Positions 17,001 through 25,322 of a stretch of 27,317 nt of DNA are shown one piece after another. The DNA is from a virus, in IMG/VR virus record IMGVR_UViG_3300043389_000001, positions 110,656 through 137,972 of that record, one strand, 5' to 3'. The translations under genes were made by a program, and so were the position numbers. Below the pieces are notes generated by a model that saw only the letters and a program-made list of their open reading frames with translations, ran no database searches and was not told the DNA's origin. Each line of letters starts with the position of its first letter. Within the stretch, counting starts at the first letter, position 1.

Positions 17001-18517
17001 ACAAGTCCAGCGCCGAGTACGCCGGCCTGCTGGAGGCGCGTAACAGCGTGGCCCAGTCCAACCTCGACTCCTTCATCTCCTCGGGTGAGGATCTGCGCAA
17101 GGCCCAGCAGGCCAAGGCCACCACCGACGCGCAGGTCAAGCAGATCGGTGAGGCGTTCTTCGTCGAGGCCGTCCAGAAGGCGTACGACCTGGGTGACGTC
17201 GATGCCCTGATCGACCTGTTCAACGAGGCCAACAAGGCCGAGGTCGCGATGGCCGAGTCCATCGTCAAGGGCAACCTCAAGGCCAAGAAGGCCGCCGCCG
17301 ACGCCGAAAAGGCCAACAACGCTGCCATCGACGCCGCCCGCGACGCCGTGGCCGGAGCCGAGTCCGACAACCCCGACACCCCGGCGGCCCCGGGCGCCGA
17401 ACCGGGCACCTTCGGCAACGGCGCAGGTGTTTACAAGAACCCCGACGACCCCTACGCGGTGGACCCCGACACCGAGAAGAAGGCCAAGGAGAAGAAGTCC
17501 AAGGACGCACAGGAGGAGTACGACCGGGCCAAGAAGGGCGCCGACGCCTTCGATGAGGCCAAGGACCGCTCCACCCCGGCCGACGAGGGTGGCTCCATCG
17601 AGACCGGCGAGGACGCCGACCAGCCCAAGACCCCTTTCGAACGGCGCCAGAAGAAGGCCGAACTGGCCATCGCCGAACGCAACGCCACCTCGTTGGCCGA
17701 CGCTTCGCTGGACCAGTCCGACCGCGCGGTCAAGGACGCGCAGCAGCGCGTGGATGCCTACGTCACCAAAGCCCAGAAGAACACGCCCGAATACTGGGCG
17801 GCAGTCAAGGAACTCAACGACGCCAAGTACAAGAACGCCATGGACGAGATCGACGCCATGGACCGCATCGGCCTGACCCAGATCGACTCCACCGACCCCA
17901 TCGCCGTCGCCGCGCTGCAGGCCGCCACCGCCAAGACCAAGCGCGAGGAAGCCGAGAAGCAGGCCGACAAGGCCGGCCTGAAGGGCCGCAAGCGCGCCGA
18001 CTACCTGTCGAACTTCGTCAACGACGAGCGCTCCAAGAACGCCTCCCTGCAGAGCACCTCGGAGTCGGAGTACCTGTCCAACCTGCAGACCTCCCTTGAT
18101 CTGGGACGCATCTCGCACAAGAAGTACCTCGAAATGCTGAAAGCTCGCCGTGACCAGCTCTATCTGGAGGCCAAGGCCATCGGCCGGGGCAACGAGGGGT
18201 ACGCCCAGACCAAGAAGCTGGCCGACGAGGCGGCCAAGACGTACAAGGACGCCGTGGAGGGCATCAACGACCAGTTCAACCTCGGTGACATCAAGGTGCC
18301 CACCGTCTACCAAGTGCGCAAGTCGCTGAAGGAACAGACCACCGGCCAGGTGCTGGGCAACAACGGGGCCATGTCGGCCGCCGGCAACGTCACCAACGAC
18401 AACTCCACGCGGAACGTCATTCTCAACGGGGTGCCGGTCGAAACGATCCTGACCATGATTCAGGACCTGTTCGGCGTGAAGGCCCGGTCCACGGCGAAGC
18501 GGAGAATCGGCGCGTGA
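11024..18517 (+). CDS. Tape measure protein, 2497 aa
   Basis: Longest ORF, directly after the chaperone, Ala-rich and helical. Has a TP901-like core (~14100-15000), hydrophobic segments (~15010-15230 and ~15830-15910) and a GGPIGLAI motif. Confidence 0.93.
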   Translation: MADEALVSFRTDIGETVTQVRSGLREILAEESAFSAKFGNLNSAGLTRALGEIDTALERTGAELQKLAALDKKALGNSNYVTAATTQLRQLSTEIGRISGSNGLTIEVGVELRRQAISQLNSKLNADLKQLSNRAESGLTPLKAERLGNVTKGITTSRRDVERGFSIGQANPVDFKEAQRDADQLSAALDAAAGQAERAEDNLAVVNKATSNAARSAGEFASSMAKAAANAASLDQTVKDQQNKTGAKPAVPAAGGGRQRGGGNGDDGFRILNPPGDAGDGEGKKRSKYGEPVDLQAEEDAFAQAVDEAIFKITYGLDKTGATFAAKAAEVRRIAAIIEANYNSLGLALDGIDAKAIQEAFLRGDTPGRDGRPTIRTGDYAPGVNEFGPNNGRLSDTRFNENRPNEYTKTERGAERYIPDATAGRRSQEALGEDLARELTLALANDRRGTKDLVDQRGGTSVLKGQSGEYRAFNTRTGEALTGEQAVRSLDAFTNATRESTEKLNNLRLLTAGLTEEQARAGNRFNPDTTVAVGRNQVGFQDPITKNTRGFEIGRDKLPTEIFGEELDAFLAGFNRAVNKVNDVRDAEANRAFLRQGREPGGEFGPQVTTVTTTNGRAAVATDPQGVLRAYNAKTGENLNVEQTQDALNAFAGALLKTAKTADALKLLTDGRREGERFNDRTVEIPGNRAINSTGGTFSAFDVRKPNEPVQLQGEELQKAVVDYTEFFDKRAAEQRSLDDTERLRRGAGPDQRFNPAVVEVNKSLIAEFDASLTNATRYYKLDADGIATEIVTRDELVRAQRTLAQAQLAEAERSFKEGQERNKLNNRQDLIEGADPTKNGGFAEGVVPLTGGYVADLRNGVQDFYKKSGDGFVKLGEISAERQTALGKLLQKQAADLASDEATKNARRLYDANNKGTGLVENAKRYAGQDVTILEDGVRQFYKKVADGLRRVEPGTVEYEQESVKYNRGGGSGRGIGGGFVHGLTSGGFGGSRDEGFLEGIGTAAGTTLKYSALYGVLNILQGVLSQAGQEMVNFADSNTDLQIALENATGATQEANEADKEWLQTLEKISIQAGSNVGDVQDVVAAGIRTIGINAELSTEQVKVLGTEFARQAQIMAVLAKTDITDAAGNLRAIGNSFNIPLQSSARVNDAFVVGKNVGGGDEAETAQAVASAGESLKSAGFTIEQAFALASRIQAATDQTGAAVGNKLSRIVSIVSGTAGQKAILEANSQLPQDAKVDISAAPEEQLLALSKAYNAGQLGQGTIKSLTNSLGGTSSAKELITILEQYAQVAGEVAENTDIAGKANEEYEKRLEDLSQKVREFKGAFSAIVVNLTQSGLLDPLLAGFGALVEVLKFVAAAGAAVNTFVDGLGVIGEVAPGIVITTVAILALGKAIRGLETLGGGSLAKGITTAALKVEEQVRPRVAEARAENASRKTSAADGALAGAASTAGTTTTAATGASRAATAAGAQVATTVTRSATAAAAGAAAAGTGAAVASAATMKAAIATAAATAATTSAGTTAATATAAAATVRAQIAAAAAQAAAATAAAGAAGGAARLAEGRARPIVPAVEGAAAGAAGAAAKAGRLAGVGAAARTAGSVALGAAGGPIGLAITGGILGLTALAGLKSKSDELGAAMEDATTAADALSDLDISPESTSAEIVDAFKNQASALQAQIDQLDAASSGLTAGFVNIFTGKADDAKEQIKALQAQETYAEQQAKKFTEFSTDISSGLSELSVFGDPTSITVDSLNQGLSTLSEQAYSSADRVRLLSEFLGLIPGVKGSTPVSDADRTKIAATNTASLVTNAPDTIEATRTTKPQFFSSSPYLPGTINVPTAPYKAQVDNSQYKKFLQDNSSSLNSAYKDALPDVAEGANGAYSTEQIATIAKTVAAQAKADWTKVYNNLSPAQKALPELQPDAIAKQVQDGITAQLTPAKVDTTSAAAILAAITGLKTVYESQIATATTYAEKSKLMDQELAAIDAEIAKFTGDKSSAEYAGLLEARNSVAQSNLDSFISSGEDLRKAQQAKATTDAQVKQIGEAFFVEAVQKAYDLGDVDALIDLFNEANKAEVAMAESIVKGNLKAKKAAADAEKANNAAIDAARDAVAGAESDNPDTPAAPGAEPGTFGNGAGVYKNPDDPYAVDPDTEKKAKEKKSKDAQEEYDRAKKGADAFDEAKDRSTPADEGGSIETGEDADQPKTPFERRQKKAELAIAERNATSLADASLDQSDRAVKDAQQRVDAYVTKAQKNTPEYWAAVKELNDAKYKNAMDEIDAMDRIGLTQIDSTDPIAVAALQAATAKTKREEAEKQADKAGLKGRKRADYLSNFVNDERSKNASLQSTSESEYLSNLQTSLDLGRISHKKYLEMLKARRDQLYLEAKAIGRGNEGYAQTKKLADEAAKTYKDAVEGINDQFNLGDIKVPTVYQVRKSLKEQTTGQVLGNNGAMSAAGNVTNDNSTRNVILNGVPVETILTMIQDLFGVKARSTAKRRIGA

Positions 18518-18936
18518 GTGTCCTGAGATGGAAGCTGAAGGACCCGTACGACACCACTTCAGCCGGCACGTACACCTTTACGCGCAACCCGCGCAGCATG
18601 ACCTCACCGTTCCCCGAACGGCAGGTGTCCTCCTATGCCACCAGCGCGGGCAAGACCCTGACCTACGAGGGCGCCACCCCGCCCAAGCAGTGGTCGTTTT
18701 CGGGGCCGATCCTGCACAAGGGCGAGATCGACGCCCTGTACAACTGGGTCTACAACAAGAAGCGCCGCATCCTGCTGACCGACCACTTCGGGCGCCAGCT
18801 CACACTGGTCATGCAGTCCATGGACGTCCAGCCGGCCCGGCGCACCGGGTACTACTGGAGTCACGACTACACCGTCACCGCACTGGTTCTGGACATCAGC
18901 GCCCCGACGGTCACCGATGTGGGGCCGCGCCCGTGA
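18514..18936 (+). CDS. Minor tail protein (distal tail, Dit-like), 140 aa
   Basis: GTGA-coupled to the tape measure gene. YTF..NP..M.SP, WSFSG.I and LTDHFGR motifs. Position fits. Confidence 0.72.
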   Translation: MSVLRWKLKDPYDTTSAGTYTFTRNPRSMTSPFPERQVSSYATSAGKTLTYEGATPPKQWSFSGPILHKGEIDALYNWVYNKKRRILLTDHFGRQLTLVMQSMDVQPARRTGYYWSHDYTVTALVLDISAPTVTDVGPRP

Positions 18937-21185
18937 GAGACGTTCCCCCCTCGCTGGCGCAGGCATGGCGCGACGGCATGTTCGTGGGCGACCGCAAGGC
19001 CGTAGCCCGCATCACCGTGCAGCATCCCGGTATGTCCTTGCGGAACTGGTCTTTGCTGCCGGTGGGCAAGCAACGCCTCATCGACCGGATCAAGCGCAAG
19101 ACCAAGGTGAAGACCCAGGCCGCCAAAGAGGCGGCGTTCAAGACGTACCGGGTCAACCAGACGTACGCCGACTTCCTGTTCACCAAGCTGAGCAAGCCCC
19201 GCGAGCTGCCCAACGTCAAGACCGTGGAGTGGCAGCGCAGCCTCGACTCCGACGTGGCCGACTGCACCATCACCATCCTGAACACCCGGCCCCTGCCCTT
19301 CGGGGCCAAGCCCGTCGCCGGGCAGCTCGATGAACCCGGCTACTACACCTTCGACCGGGGCGCCTCCAGCTTCTCCAGCCGCTGGAAGCAGGTCCGCAAC
19401 GAATGGTTCGGACTGCTGGTGCCGGACAACATCATCCGCACCTACGAGGGCTACGGCGCGGACTTCTCCGTCGCACCCGAACGCGACCCCCACCTCGTGC
19501 AGACCGGCGTGTGGATCATCGACACCGTCAACATCTCCACCGACGGCACCATGAGCATCAAATGCCGCGATATCGGCCGGCTTCTGCTGGACCAGATCAT
19601 GCTGCAGCCGGTCTGCCCCGAAAGCTTCTACGACACCGGCTGGGAAGGCTGGCCCGACCCGGTCACCACCGTCAAGAACCTCCCGGCCGGGCCGAAGCTG
19701 GCCTTCACCCCGCAGGATTCCTCGAACACGCCGTGGATCGGCAACGGCACGGTTCAGGGCCACACGCTCGCAGCAGCTTTCGACGGCAATGCCAACACCT
19801 ACTGGCTGTCCATCGGGAACGTCGCGCCCAGCCGCCGCTTCGCCTACGAGTGGATTCAGGGCAAGGTCAACAACCAGACCCTGAACAAGGTCCGGTTCCG
19901 GACCAAGAAGAAGGGCTACGTCGCCTACATCTCCCTGAAGGTCAACGGGCAGTGGATCGGCAAGCAGACGATCAACTACCACGAGGACGGCATCGGGAAG
20001 AACGACGGCGACATCAAATACCACAAGCACGTCTCCGTCGACACCGAGAACTACATCGAGGTCACCTTCGCCCCGGTCAAGAACGTCGAGGCCGTCCGCC
20101 TGACCTTGGGCAACCTGCAAGACTTCCACATCGGCACCTACACCTACCGGGGCGGCATCCGCGACATCGAGGTGTACGCCGTCCCGGCCGCCGCCAAAAA
20201 AATCAGCACCACCACCAAGGTCGTCACCGGCCCAGCCGGCTCCAACCCCGGCTACTGCCGCGACTACACCGACATCATCAAACTGATCTGCGCCTGGGGC
20301 GGCTTCTACTGGCCCACCACCGGGCGAAACCGCTACTCCGACGGCACCTACGTCAAGGTCGCCCCCATCCGACCCGACTACAAGGTACTCGGCCAAGGCG
20401 TACACGGACGCGTGTGGGGTGACTTCATGCAGTCCGGGACCACCCCCATCGCCGCACTCGAATGGTCGAACTTCGACCAGAAGCCCCTCATGGACGGCAT
20501 CTCCTACATCCGCGACATCCTCGGCTTCGTCTTCTTCATCGACGAGGGCGGCGCGGTGCAGTGGCGCCTGCCCAACACGTTCAACTTCGGCTGCTACCGC
20601 TCGGCCTACTCAGCCAAGCCCGGTTACACCAAGGACATTCACCTCATCGACGAGCGCACCATCCTCATCGACCTCGACGTGACACTGGACTCCAAGAACG
20701 TGCGCGAGGCGATCTTCGTGGGCCAAAAAGCCGGCAAGCGCGGCGCCTACGCCCCCGGCTACAACCCCAACCCCACCGGCATCCGCCGCGTCGGCGGCTG
20801 GATGGACCAGGACTTCGCCTCGATCAAAGAATGCCAGCGGATGGCCGACATGATCAGCCTCGCGCAGCTTTTCACCTACCGCACCGACCGCGTCCGCATC
20901 CCCGCCAACCCCAAGATCCAGATCGACGACCAGGTCCGCATCCTCGAACGGGTCTCCTCCGAGGGCTACATCCACTACGTGAAGTCCATCGGATCATCAC
21001 TGGACATGGAATCTGGCCAGTGGACCTATGATCTGGAGACGCACTGGCTCGGACAGGACCCCCAGGCCAAGTGGCTGTTCCAGCCCGAGCAGCTCTACCA
21101 CGTCACCCAGGAGTACACCGCCGAGCTGGCCGCCGCCCAGAAGGCCGGAGCCGGCATCACCGCGCGCGGCGCGCAGGAGGAGTAG
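18933..21185 (+). CDS. Minor tail or baseplate hub protein (Tal-like) with a discoidin/galactose-binding-like insertion, 750 aa
   Basis: GTGA overlap gives start 18933. Hub motifs I.CRD.GRLLLDQ and PANPKIQIDDQVRI. Internal AAFDGNANTYW.S matches F5/8-type domains. Confidence 0.8.
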   Translation: MRDVPPSLAQAWRDGMFVGDRKAVARITVQHPGMSLRNWSLLPVGKQRLIDRIKRKTKVKTQAAKEAAFKTYRVNQTYADFLFTKLSKPRELPNVKTVEWQRSLDSDVADCTITILNTRPLPFGAKPVAGQLDEPGYYTFDRGASSFSSRWKQVRNEWFGLLVPDNIIRTYEGYGADFSVAPERDPHLVQTGVWIIDTVNISTDGTMSIKCRDIGRLLLDQIMLQPVCPESFYDTGWEGWPDPVTTVKNLPAGPKLAFTPQDSSNTPWIGNGTVQGHTLAAAFDGNANTYWLSIGNVAPSRRFAYEWIQGKVNNQTLNKVRFRTKKKGYVAYISLKVNGQWIGKQTINYHEDGIGKNDGDIKYHKHVSVDTENYIEVTFAPVKNVEAVRLTLGNLQDFHIGTYTYRGGIRDIEVYAVPAAAKKISTTTKVVTGPAGSNPGYCRDYTDIIKLICAWGGFYWPTTGRNRYSDGTYVKVAPIRPDYKVLGQGVHGRVWGDFMQSGTTPIAALEWSNFDQKPLMDGISYIRDILGFVFFIDEGGAVQWRLPNTFNFGCYRSAYSAKPGYTKDIHLIDERTILIDLDVTLDSKNVREAIFVGQKAGKRGAYAPGYNPNPTGIRRVGGWMDQDFASIKECQRMADMISLAQLFTYRTDRVRIPANPKIQIDDQVRILERVSSEGYIHYVKSIGSSLDMESGQWTYDLETHWLGQDPQAKWLFQPEQLYHVTQEYTAELAAAQKAGAGITARGAQEE

Positions 21186-21190
21186 GAGCC

Positions 21191-21772
21191 ATGGTCCGAC
21201 CACAGTTCCACTTCGTCGAGAACGCCGCCTCCGACCAAGCCTCCCGGCTGCAGGCGCAATCGCAGAACACCACGCGCCGGGCCACCGCCGAAGCCACCTT
21301 CGAGGCCCGAGGCGTCGGCACCCGCCAGATCAAGAAGCCCATCATCTTCTCGGTGACCTTCAGCGAGGAACCGCATTTCGTGTCCGGCTGCGCCACCGTG
21401 GTCAACGCCGACAACAGCCAGTACTTCGACCCCATCGGTCACTGCGGCATCTACCAGTGGAAGATCAACGACAAGGGCCAGTACACCGGCGCCTACCTCT
21501 GGGTCAGCGTCCAGGTCATCGCCAAAACCGTGGCCTTGCCCAACCTCAGCGCCCAGCCCACCACCCTCACCCGCGAACAAGTGCTGCAGAACCTGAGCGA
21601 CCGCCTCAACGCCCAAGCCAAGGCCGCCAAGGCTCTGGCCAAGACGCGCACCATGATGTACCTGACCTTCACCGGCCGCGCCGTCAAGGACATCGGTCAG
21701 CCCGAGAAGGCGGCCACCGTCACGCCGCGCAAACCACCCGGTTTCAACTTCGCCAACGCCGAGAACAACTAG
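21191..21772 (+). CDS. Putative minor tail protein, 193 aa
   Basis: AGGAG RBS before ATG 21191, strong codon bias, located in the tail module. Confidence 0.75.
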   Translation: MVRPQFHFVENAASDQASRLQAQSQNTTRRATAEATFEARGVGTRQIKKPIIFSVTFSEEPHFVSGCATVVNADNSQYFDPIGHCGIYQWKINDKGQYTGAYLWVSVQVIAKTVALPNLSAQPTTLTREQVLQNLSDRLNAQAKAAKALAKTRTMMYLTFTGRAVKDIGQPEKAATVTPRKPPGFNFANAENN

Positions 21773-21799
21773 CCCCCTAGCGGATCAGGACCAGCACGC

Positions 21800-23845
21800 A
21801 TGGCCTCGCAGACACCACGGTTCCAGCTCAACTACTTCGGCGGTGACACTCCCGGCACCCTCGACGAGGACGCCGACAAGTACACCAGCGAGGACCGTCT
21901 GACCATCGACGCCGTCCTGACCGCCCTCGAACAGCACACCCACCGCCTCACCACCAAGGTCACCGGCCCCGACCAGCCGCTGACCCTGACGCGCTCGCAG
22001 GCCGGTTCGCTGGAGGCGGGCACCACCTACTACTACTGCGTCTCGTTCGTGGACTCCAAGGGACTGGAGACCACGGCCGGACCCGAAGCCTCCATCACCA
22101 CCCCCGATTCGCTGGCCACCCCGGACATTCCGCAGGGCGAAACCTCCTACGTGGCAGGCAATGACCTGATCGCGGGCCTGTACTACTACGCGCTGACAGC
22201 CCTGAACGATGATGAAGAGTCCGCGATCTCGGACCCGGCGTTCATCACCCTCATCGACACCGACAACACCGTCACCTTGACCCTGCCCGCGCTGGAGGAC
22301 GGCGCCACGAGCTGGCAGGTGTGGCGGATGGCCGACCAAGACCCCGGCTACACCCGGATCGGCACCACCACCTCCACCACGTTCGTGGACGACGGATCGG
22401 TGTCCGCCGGCCAGTACGGCGACCCGGCCAACATCCCACCCGCCGAAGCCACCGGCAGCGACAACTACTCCGTCACGATCGCCCTGAGCGGCGATGACGT
22501 CACCGAGATCCAGAACTCCTCCGGCTGGCGCATCTACCGCTCCACCGTCTCGGGCAACTACGACGCCGCCGCCCTGGTGCACGAGGTCATCGAGCGCACC
22601 GAGGAGACCGACCCCACCGCCCCGCTGCTGAGCGAATGGCTCGACGACGGCGACGCCACCCTGACCGGCTCACCCAAGCTCCTGTCCAACCAGCTCGACA
22701 TCCCGCCGTTCACGTTCGAGCAGCACACCGCCGGGGCCCTGCCCGCCGCGACCAGCTACCCGGACAACTACCCGATCATCGACACCAACCTCGTGCTGTA
22801 CGTCGCGCGCGCCGGGGCGTGGCAGACCATCACCGGCGGCAGCGGCGGCATCCAGCGCGGCGTGGCCACCTACGTGGGCACCGACGCCATCCCGGGTCCC
22901 ACCGGCAGCCGCGCCGGGGACCTGTACTACAACAGCGCGCTGAACACGTGGACCGTCCTGTCCACCAACGGCCCGACCGGGCCGAGCGGCTCTACCGGCC
23001 CGAGCGGGCCCACCGGCTCGACAGGAAGCACCGGCTCCACGGGATCGACGGGAAGCACCGGCGCGACCGGCTCGACGGGGCCGGCCTACACCCCGCCGAC
23101 CATGGCCCGCATGGGAGCGATGCGCTACAACCGGGGCTACCAGAACAACCAGTTCAACGTGACCGACCCCAGCAACACCGCCTTGGTCATCTCGCTGTAC
23201 GACAACCCCGGCACCGACGGCGCCGGCAACATCAACACCTCCGTCACCTTCGACCCGGCCCCGCCCGCCGGACAGCCGCAGGCCGTCTACGGCACCCCCT
23301 CCTACGCCTTCGCCTACGGGGACGGCAGCGGCCTGACCGCCACCGTCACCGCCCTGCCCGGCGGCGCCATCAACACCACCTACACCGCCTACAGCTCCCC
23401 GTCCAAACTGCTGGGACAGATCGTCGTCGTCCTCGACTTCCCCGCCCAAGGCGTGGCCATCTCCGACGCCACCGGATCGGTCGTCACCGACGCCAGCGCC
23501 ATCAGCACCAGCGTCACCACCCCCGGAGCCCCCACCACCACCGTGGCCATCGCCGTGGGGAACCTGCAGTCCGAGGCGGCATGGAATGCCGGGACCAGCA
23601 ACGAGGTCACCGTGGCGCGCACTGCCGGGGCCAACACCACCAACAACCCGTTCAACTCCACCCAGGACTTCTACCGCGCCAGCGGCAGCAACAGCGGCAT
23701 GGTCCCCCTGTACATCGGCTCCTACGCCACCACCGCCGCCGGCATCGAACTGGACTTCACCGCCACCCAGTCCGGCGCCGCCCCCCTCGGGGCGCTGCTC
23801 ATGGTCATGGCCCTCAGCCCGGAGTTTGCCGGTGGTGTCGGATGA
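21800..23845 (+). CDS. Minor tail or fibre protein with FN3-like modules and a collagen-like tract, 681 aa
   Basis: Paired YYYCVSFVD..G.ET and YYYALTALN...ES motifs, plus WQVWR and WRIYRS. 13 G-X-Y triplets. Very Thr/Ser/Gly-rich and acidic. Confidence 0.82.
   Translation: MASQTPRFQLNYFGGDTPGTLDEDADKYTSEDRLTIDAVLTALEQHTHRLTTKVTGPDQPLTLTRSQAGSLEAGTTYYYCVSFVDSKGLETTAGPEASITTPDSLATPDIPQGETSYVAGNDLIAGLYYYALTALNDDEESAISDPAFITLIDTDNTVTLTLPALEDGATSWQVWRMADQDPGYTRIGTTTSTTFVDDGSVSAGQYGDPANIPPAEATGSDNYSVTIALSGDDVTEIQNSSGWRIYRSTVSGNYDAAALVHEVIERTEETDPTAPLLSEWLDDGDATLTGSPKLLSNQLDIPPFTFEQHTAGALPAATSYPDNYPIIDTNLVLYVARAGAWQTITGGSGGIQRGVATYVGTDAIPGPTGSRAGDLYYNSALNTWTVLSTNGPTGPSGSTGPSGPTGSTGSTGSTGSTGSTGATGSTGPAYTPPTMARMGAMRYNRGYQNNQFNVTDPSNTALVISLYDNPGTDGAGNINTSVTFDPAPPAGQPQAVYGTPSYAFAYGDGSGLTATVTALPGGAINTTYTAYSSPSKLLGQIVVVLDFPAQGVAISDATGSVVTDASAISTSVTTPGAPTTTVAIAVGNLQSEAAWNAGTSNEVTVARTAGANTTNNPFNSTQDFYRASGSNSGMVPLYIGSYATTAAGIELDFTATQSGAAPLGALLMVMALSPEFAGGVG
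22970..23086 (+). repeat. Collagen-like (G-X-T/S) repeat, 13 triplets
   Basis: GPT GPS GST GPS GPT GST GST GST GST GST GAT GST GPA. Confidence 0.95.
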
Positions 23846-24615
23846 TCCAAGACTTCCCCGCCCTGAACGTCAGCGGCTACCACCCCGTCGTGGCCGACGC
23901 GCTCGCCCAGGACGCCGTCATCGGCAACCACCCGGTGTTCTGCGAGTACGACTACAACGACACCTCGTTGATCTACCAGCTCCCCGGCCTCTACCTCTCC
24001 GGCGAGGGCGCCACCTTCGACACCGTGCGCATCGGCTCACGCATCCGCTGCAGCGACCCCGACCCCACTCTCAAACCCGAGTACGACCCGGCGCTGTCCA
24101 GCGACACCTCGGCCACCATCACCGTGGACCCGGGCCTGCGCAAGGCGGCCAGCGAGAGCAACTACCACTACCAGTCCGTGGACCCCGTCACCGGCCAGCC
24201 CTCCGGCCCGACCGCCGTCAGCGCCACGGTGCGGCTCTTGGACCCCCTGCCAACCCTCGGGCAGACCACGCCGTTCTACATCCAGTTCAGCCCGGTCCAG
24301 CACTACGCGGTCAAGACCGTCGACCACCAAGGCAACACCATCGGGCTGGGCTACGTGCCCTACGACGTGTTCGGGCGCCCCTACGGCTACGGCTACCACT
24401 ACGAGTTCGTTCAGGGCGAACGACCGGCCACCGGGCTGGTCTCCGGCGGGTTCGGGGCCATCGAGTTCTTCCGCGAGGTCAACAACGTGCGCACCGTCAT
24501 CGGCTCCTACCGGCTCATCGGCAGCGCGCTGGCCTCCAGCACCGACGGGCCGATCCTGTCCTCGGCGCCCCAGACCTACATGTTCGACTGTGACGCAGGA
24601 GCGCAGCCCACATGA
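23842..24615 (+). CDS. Putative minor tail or structural protein, 257 aa
   Basis: ATGA-coupled start MIQDF, inside track ORF 22636..24615. Tyr-rich with strong codon bias. Confidence 0.78.
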   Translation: MIQDFPALNVSGYHPVVADALAQDAVIGNHPVFCEYDYNDTSLIYQLPGLYLSGEGATFDTVRIGSRIRCSDPDPTLKPEYDPALSSDTSATITVDPGLRKAASESNYHYQSVDPVTGQPSGPTAVSATVRLLDPLPTLGQTTPFYIQFSPVQHYAVKTVDHQGNTIGLGYVPYDVFGRPYGYGYHYEFVQGERPATGLVSGGFGAIEFFREVNNVRTVIGSYRLIGSALASSTDGPILSSAPQTYMFDCDAGAQPT

Positions 24616-25229
24616 CCCTCGCCGAGTACCTGGCCCAAGCCCAGTTCGCGAAGAAGAAGTACGCCCGCGTCACCATGGTCATCGACGTGGACACCGGCCG
24701 CTCCGGCGAGACCAACTACGCCTTCCGCATCCTCGCGCCCAAGAGCATCACCAACGTGGTGGCCACCAACGACAACTACGCCCTGACCCTGCTGAACGGC
24801 AACCCGCTCAACCCCTCGGTCACCGCCAGCGTCATCGACGTGGCAATGAAACTACCCGAGCAGGGAGCCCAAAGCTGCGGGGTGTCCTTCGACCTCGTCC
24901 TGGACGGCAAGCCACTGGTGGCCAGCAACGGGCAGAGCTACATCTTCGCCGTGCGCCAGGACGGCCCCCGCACCGCCCGCAACCCCTACTACGACCCGGA
25001 CAACTCCGGGAACACCTACGCCAGCAACGAGGACGACCAGTACTACGGCCCCCGCCCGGACCTGCACCCCGGTAACGAGTTCGACGACGCCGGAGCCAAC
25101 ATCGCCCCCGACGAAGACGTGTGGCTGCGCTCGGCCATCACCGGTATCGACATCAACCTCGTCGACCCCGGCGCCAGCGACATGAGCACCCGGGAGATCT
25201 ACAACCAAGGCAGCTTCGCCGGGGACTGA
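24612..25229 (+). CDS. Putative minor tail or structural protein, 205 aa
   Basis: ATGA-coupled. Beta-rich N-terminal half and an Asp/Asn/Tyr-rich C-terminal half. Confidence 0.78.
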   Translation: MTLAEYLAQAQFAKKKYARVTMVIDVDTGRSGETNYAFRILAPKSITNVVATNDNYALTLLNGNPLNPSVTASVIDVAMKLPEQGAQSCGVSFDLVLDGKPLVASNGQSYIFAVRQDGPRTARNPYYDPDNSGNTYASNEDDQYYGPRPDLHPGNEFDDAGANIAPDEDVWLRSAITGIDINLVDPGASDMSTREIYNQGSFAGD

Positions 25230-25322
25230 GCCGGCCCGGACCCGGGAGCTGAGCCATCAAAGGCAGACGGCGCCAGCACCGACCAGAACCCCCCGGCGTC
25301 CGGGTGCGATCACCCTAACCGC

